Translations under genes and position numbers: made by a program
Source: Escherichia phage T4
Sequence record: AH001329.2
Direction: 5' to 3' (one strand)
Length of the DNA: 1,985 nt
The notes under the pieces: model-generated
What the model was told of the DNA's origin: nothing
The model's database searches: none
The model's input: the letters and a program-made list of their open reading frames with translations, nothing else
In this document: positions 1-1,985 of the stretch, piece after piece
Layout: the number at the start of each line of letters is the position of its first letter
How positions within the stretch are numbered: position 1 is the stretch's first letter

Positions 1-21
1 AAGCTTGCTAAGGAGAATAAA

Positions 22-264
22 ATGAGATTACAACGCCAGAGCATCAAAGATTCAGAAGTTAGAGGTAAATGGTATTTTAATATCATCGGTAAAGATTCTG
101 AACTTGTTGAAAAAGCTGAACATCTTTTACGTGATATGGGATGGGAAGATGAATGCGATGGATGTCCTCTTTATGAAGACGGAGAAAGCGCAGGATTTTG
201 GATTTACCATTCTGACGTCGAGCAGTTTAAAGCTGATTGGAAAATTGTGAAAAAGTCTGTTTGA
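22..264 (+). CDS. Hypothetical small acidic protein, 80 aa, function unknown; its position upstream of frd suggests a T4 frd.1-type ORF, but I do not recognise the protein itself
   Basis: Complete ORF from ATG 22-24 to TGA 262-264. A strong Shine-Dalgarno AGGAG at 11-15 sits 6 nt upstream of the ATG. It has the same orientation and AT-rich codon usage as the neighbouring phage genes. By my count the product has about 17 D/E against 12 K/R, and it contains a single C-D-G-C motif. No recognisable catalytic motif. Confidence 0.6.
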   Translation: MRLQRQSIKDSEVRGKWYFNIIGKDSELVEKAEHLLRDMGWEDECDGCPLYEDGESAGFWIYHSDVEQFKADWKIVKKSV

Positions 265-320
265 GGAAAATATTATGTATGTCATTGAAATTATCCAAGT
301 AAGCATTCGTTTTCAATTAA

Positions 321-1914
<1,594 letters not shown>

Positions 1915-1934
1915 TTTTATTATTGCGAGGATAT

Positions 1935-1985
1935 ATGATTTTACGATTTAAAGATACTTCTGGTGTAGTTCTTTTTACACTTCCT
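1935..1985 (+). CDS. Possible 5' end of a downstream gene: only 17 codons are visible (MILRFKDTSGVVLFTLP) and it runs off the window; identity unknown
   Basis: ATG at 1935-1937 is preceded by GAGG at 1927-1930 with a 4-nt spacer, and the frame stays open to the window end. It has the same strand and AT-rich character as the upstream genes. It is too short to assign a function. It does not resemble the NrdA N-terminus I would expect downstream of td in T4, so no gene is assigned. Confidence 0.25.
   Translation, partial: MILRFKDTSGVVLFTLP

Noticed and set aside
1-6. AAGCTT at the very start of the window (and again at 1070-1075)
   Set aside because: These are HindIII recognition sites. The one at position 1 most likely marks a cloning or sequence-record boundary rather than a biological feature.
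284-317. A 7-bp inverted repeat, ATTGAAA (284-290) and TTTCAAT (311-317), upstream of the frd ribosome-binding site
   Set aside because: The stem is short and entirely A/T-rich with a 20-nt loop, so it would be thermodynamically weak. There is no following U-tract for a terminator and no clear operator-like symmetry. It is probably chance.

Overview
This window is an ordinary, well-characterised region, not a novel system: it is the thymidylate-synthesis gene cluster of a T4-type (T-even) phage, with every gene on the + strand. It holds a small acidic ORF of unknown function (22..264), frd for dihydrofolate reductase (336..917), and td for thymidylate synthase (914..1914). td is split by a group I self-splicing intron (1463..1602) whose interior is replaced by a 100-nt run of N (1483..1582). 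A possible start of a downstream gene sits at 1935 and runs off the window end. No minus-strand genes, tRNAs, CRISPR arrays or repeats of note were seen. Identifications rest on protein motifs I recognise by eye and on recalled T4 gene order; no database search was run. The most interesting element is the intron, and the masked stretch is where an intron-encoded homing endonuclease would lie (I-TevI in T4), so that part cannot be assessed from this window.
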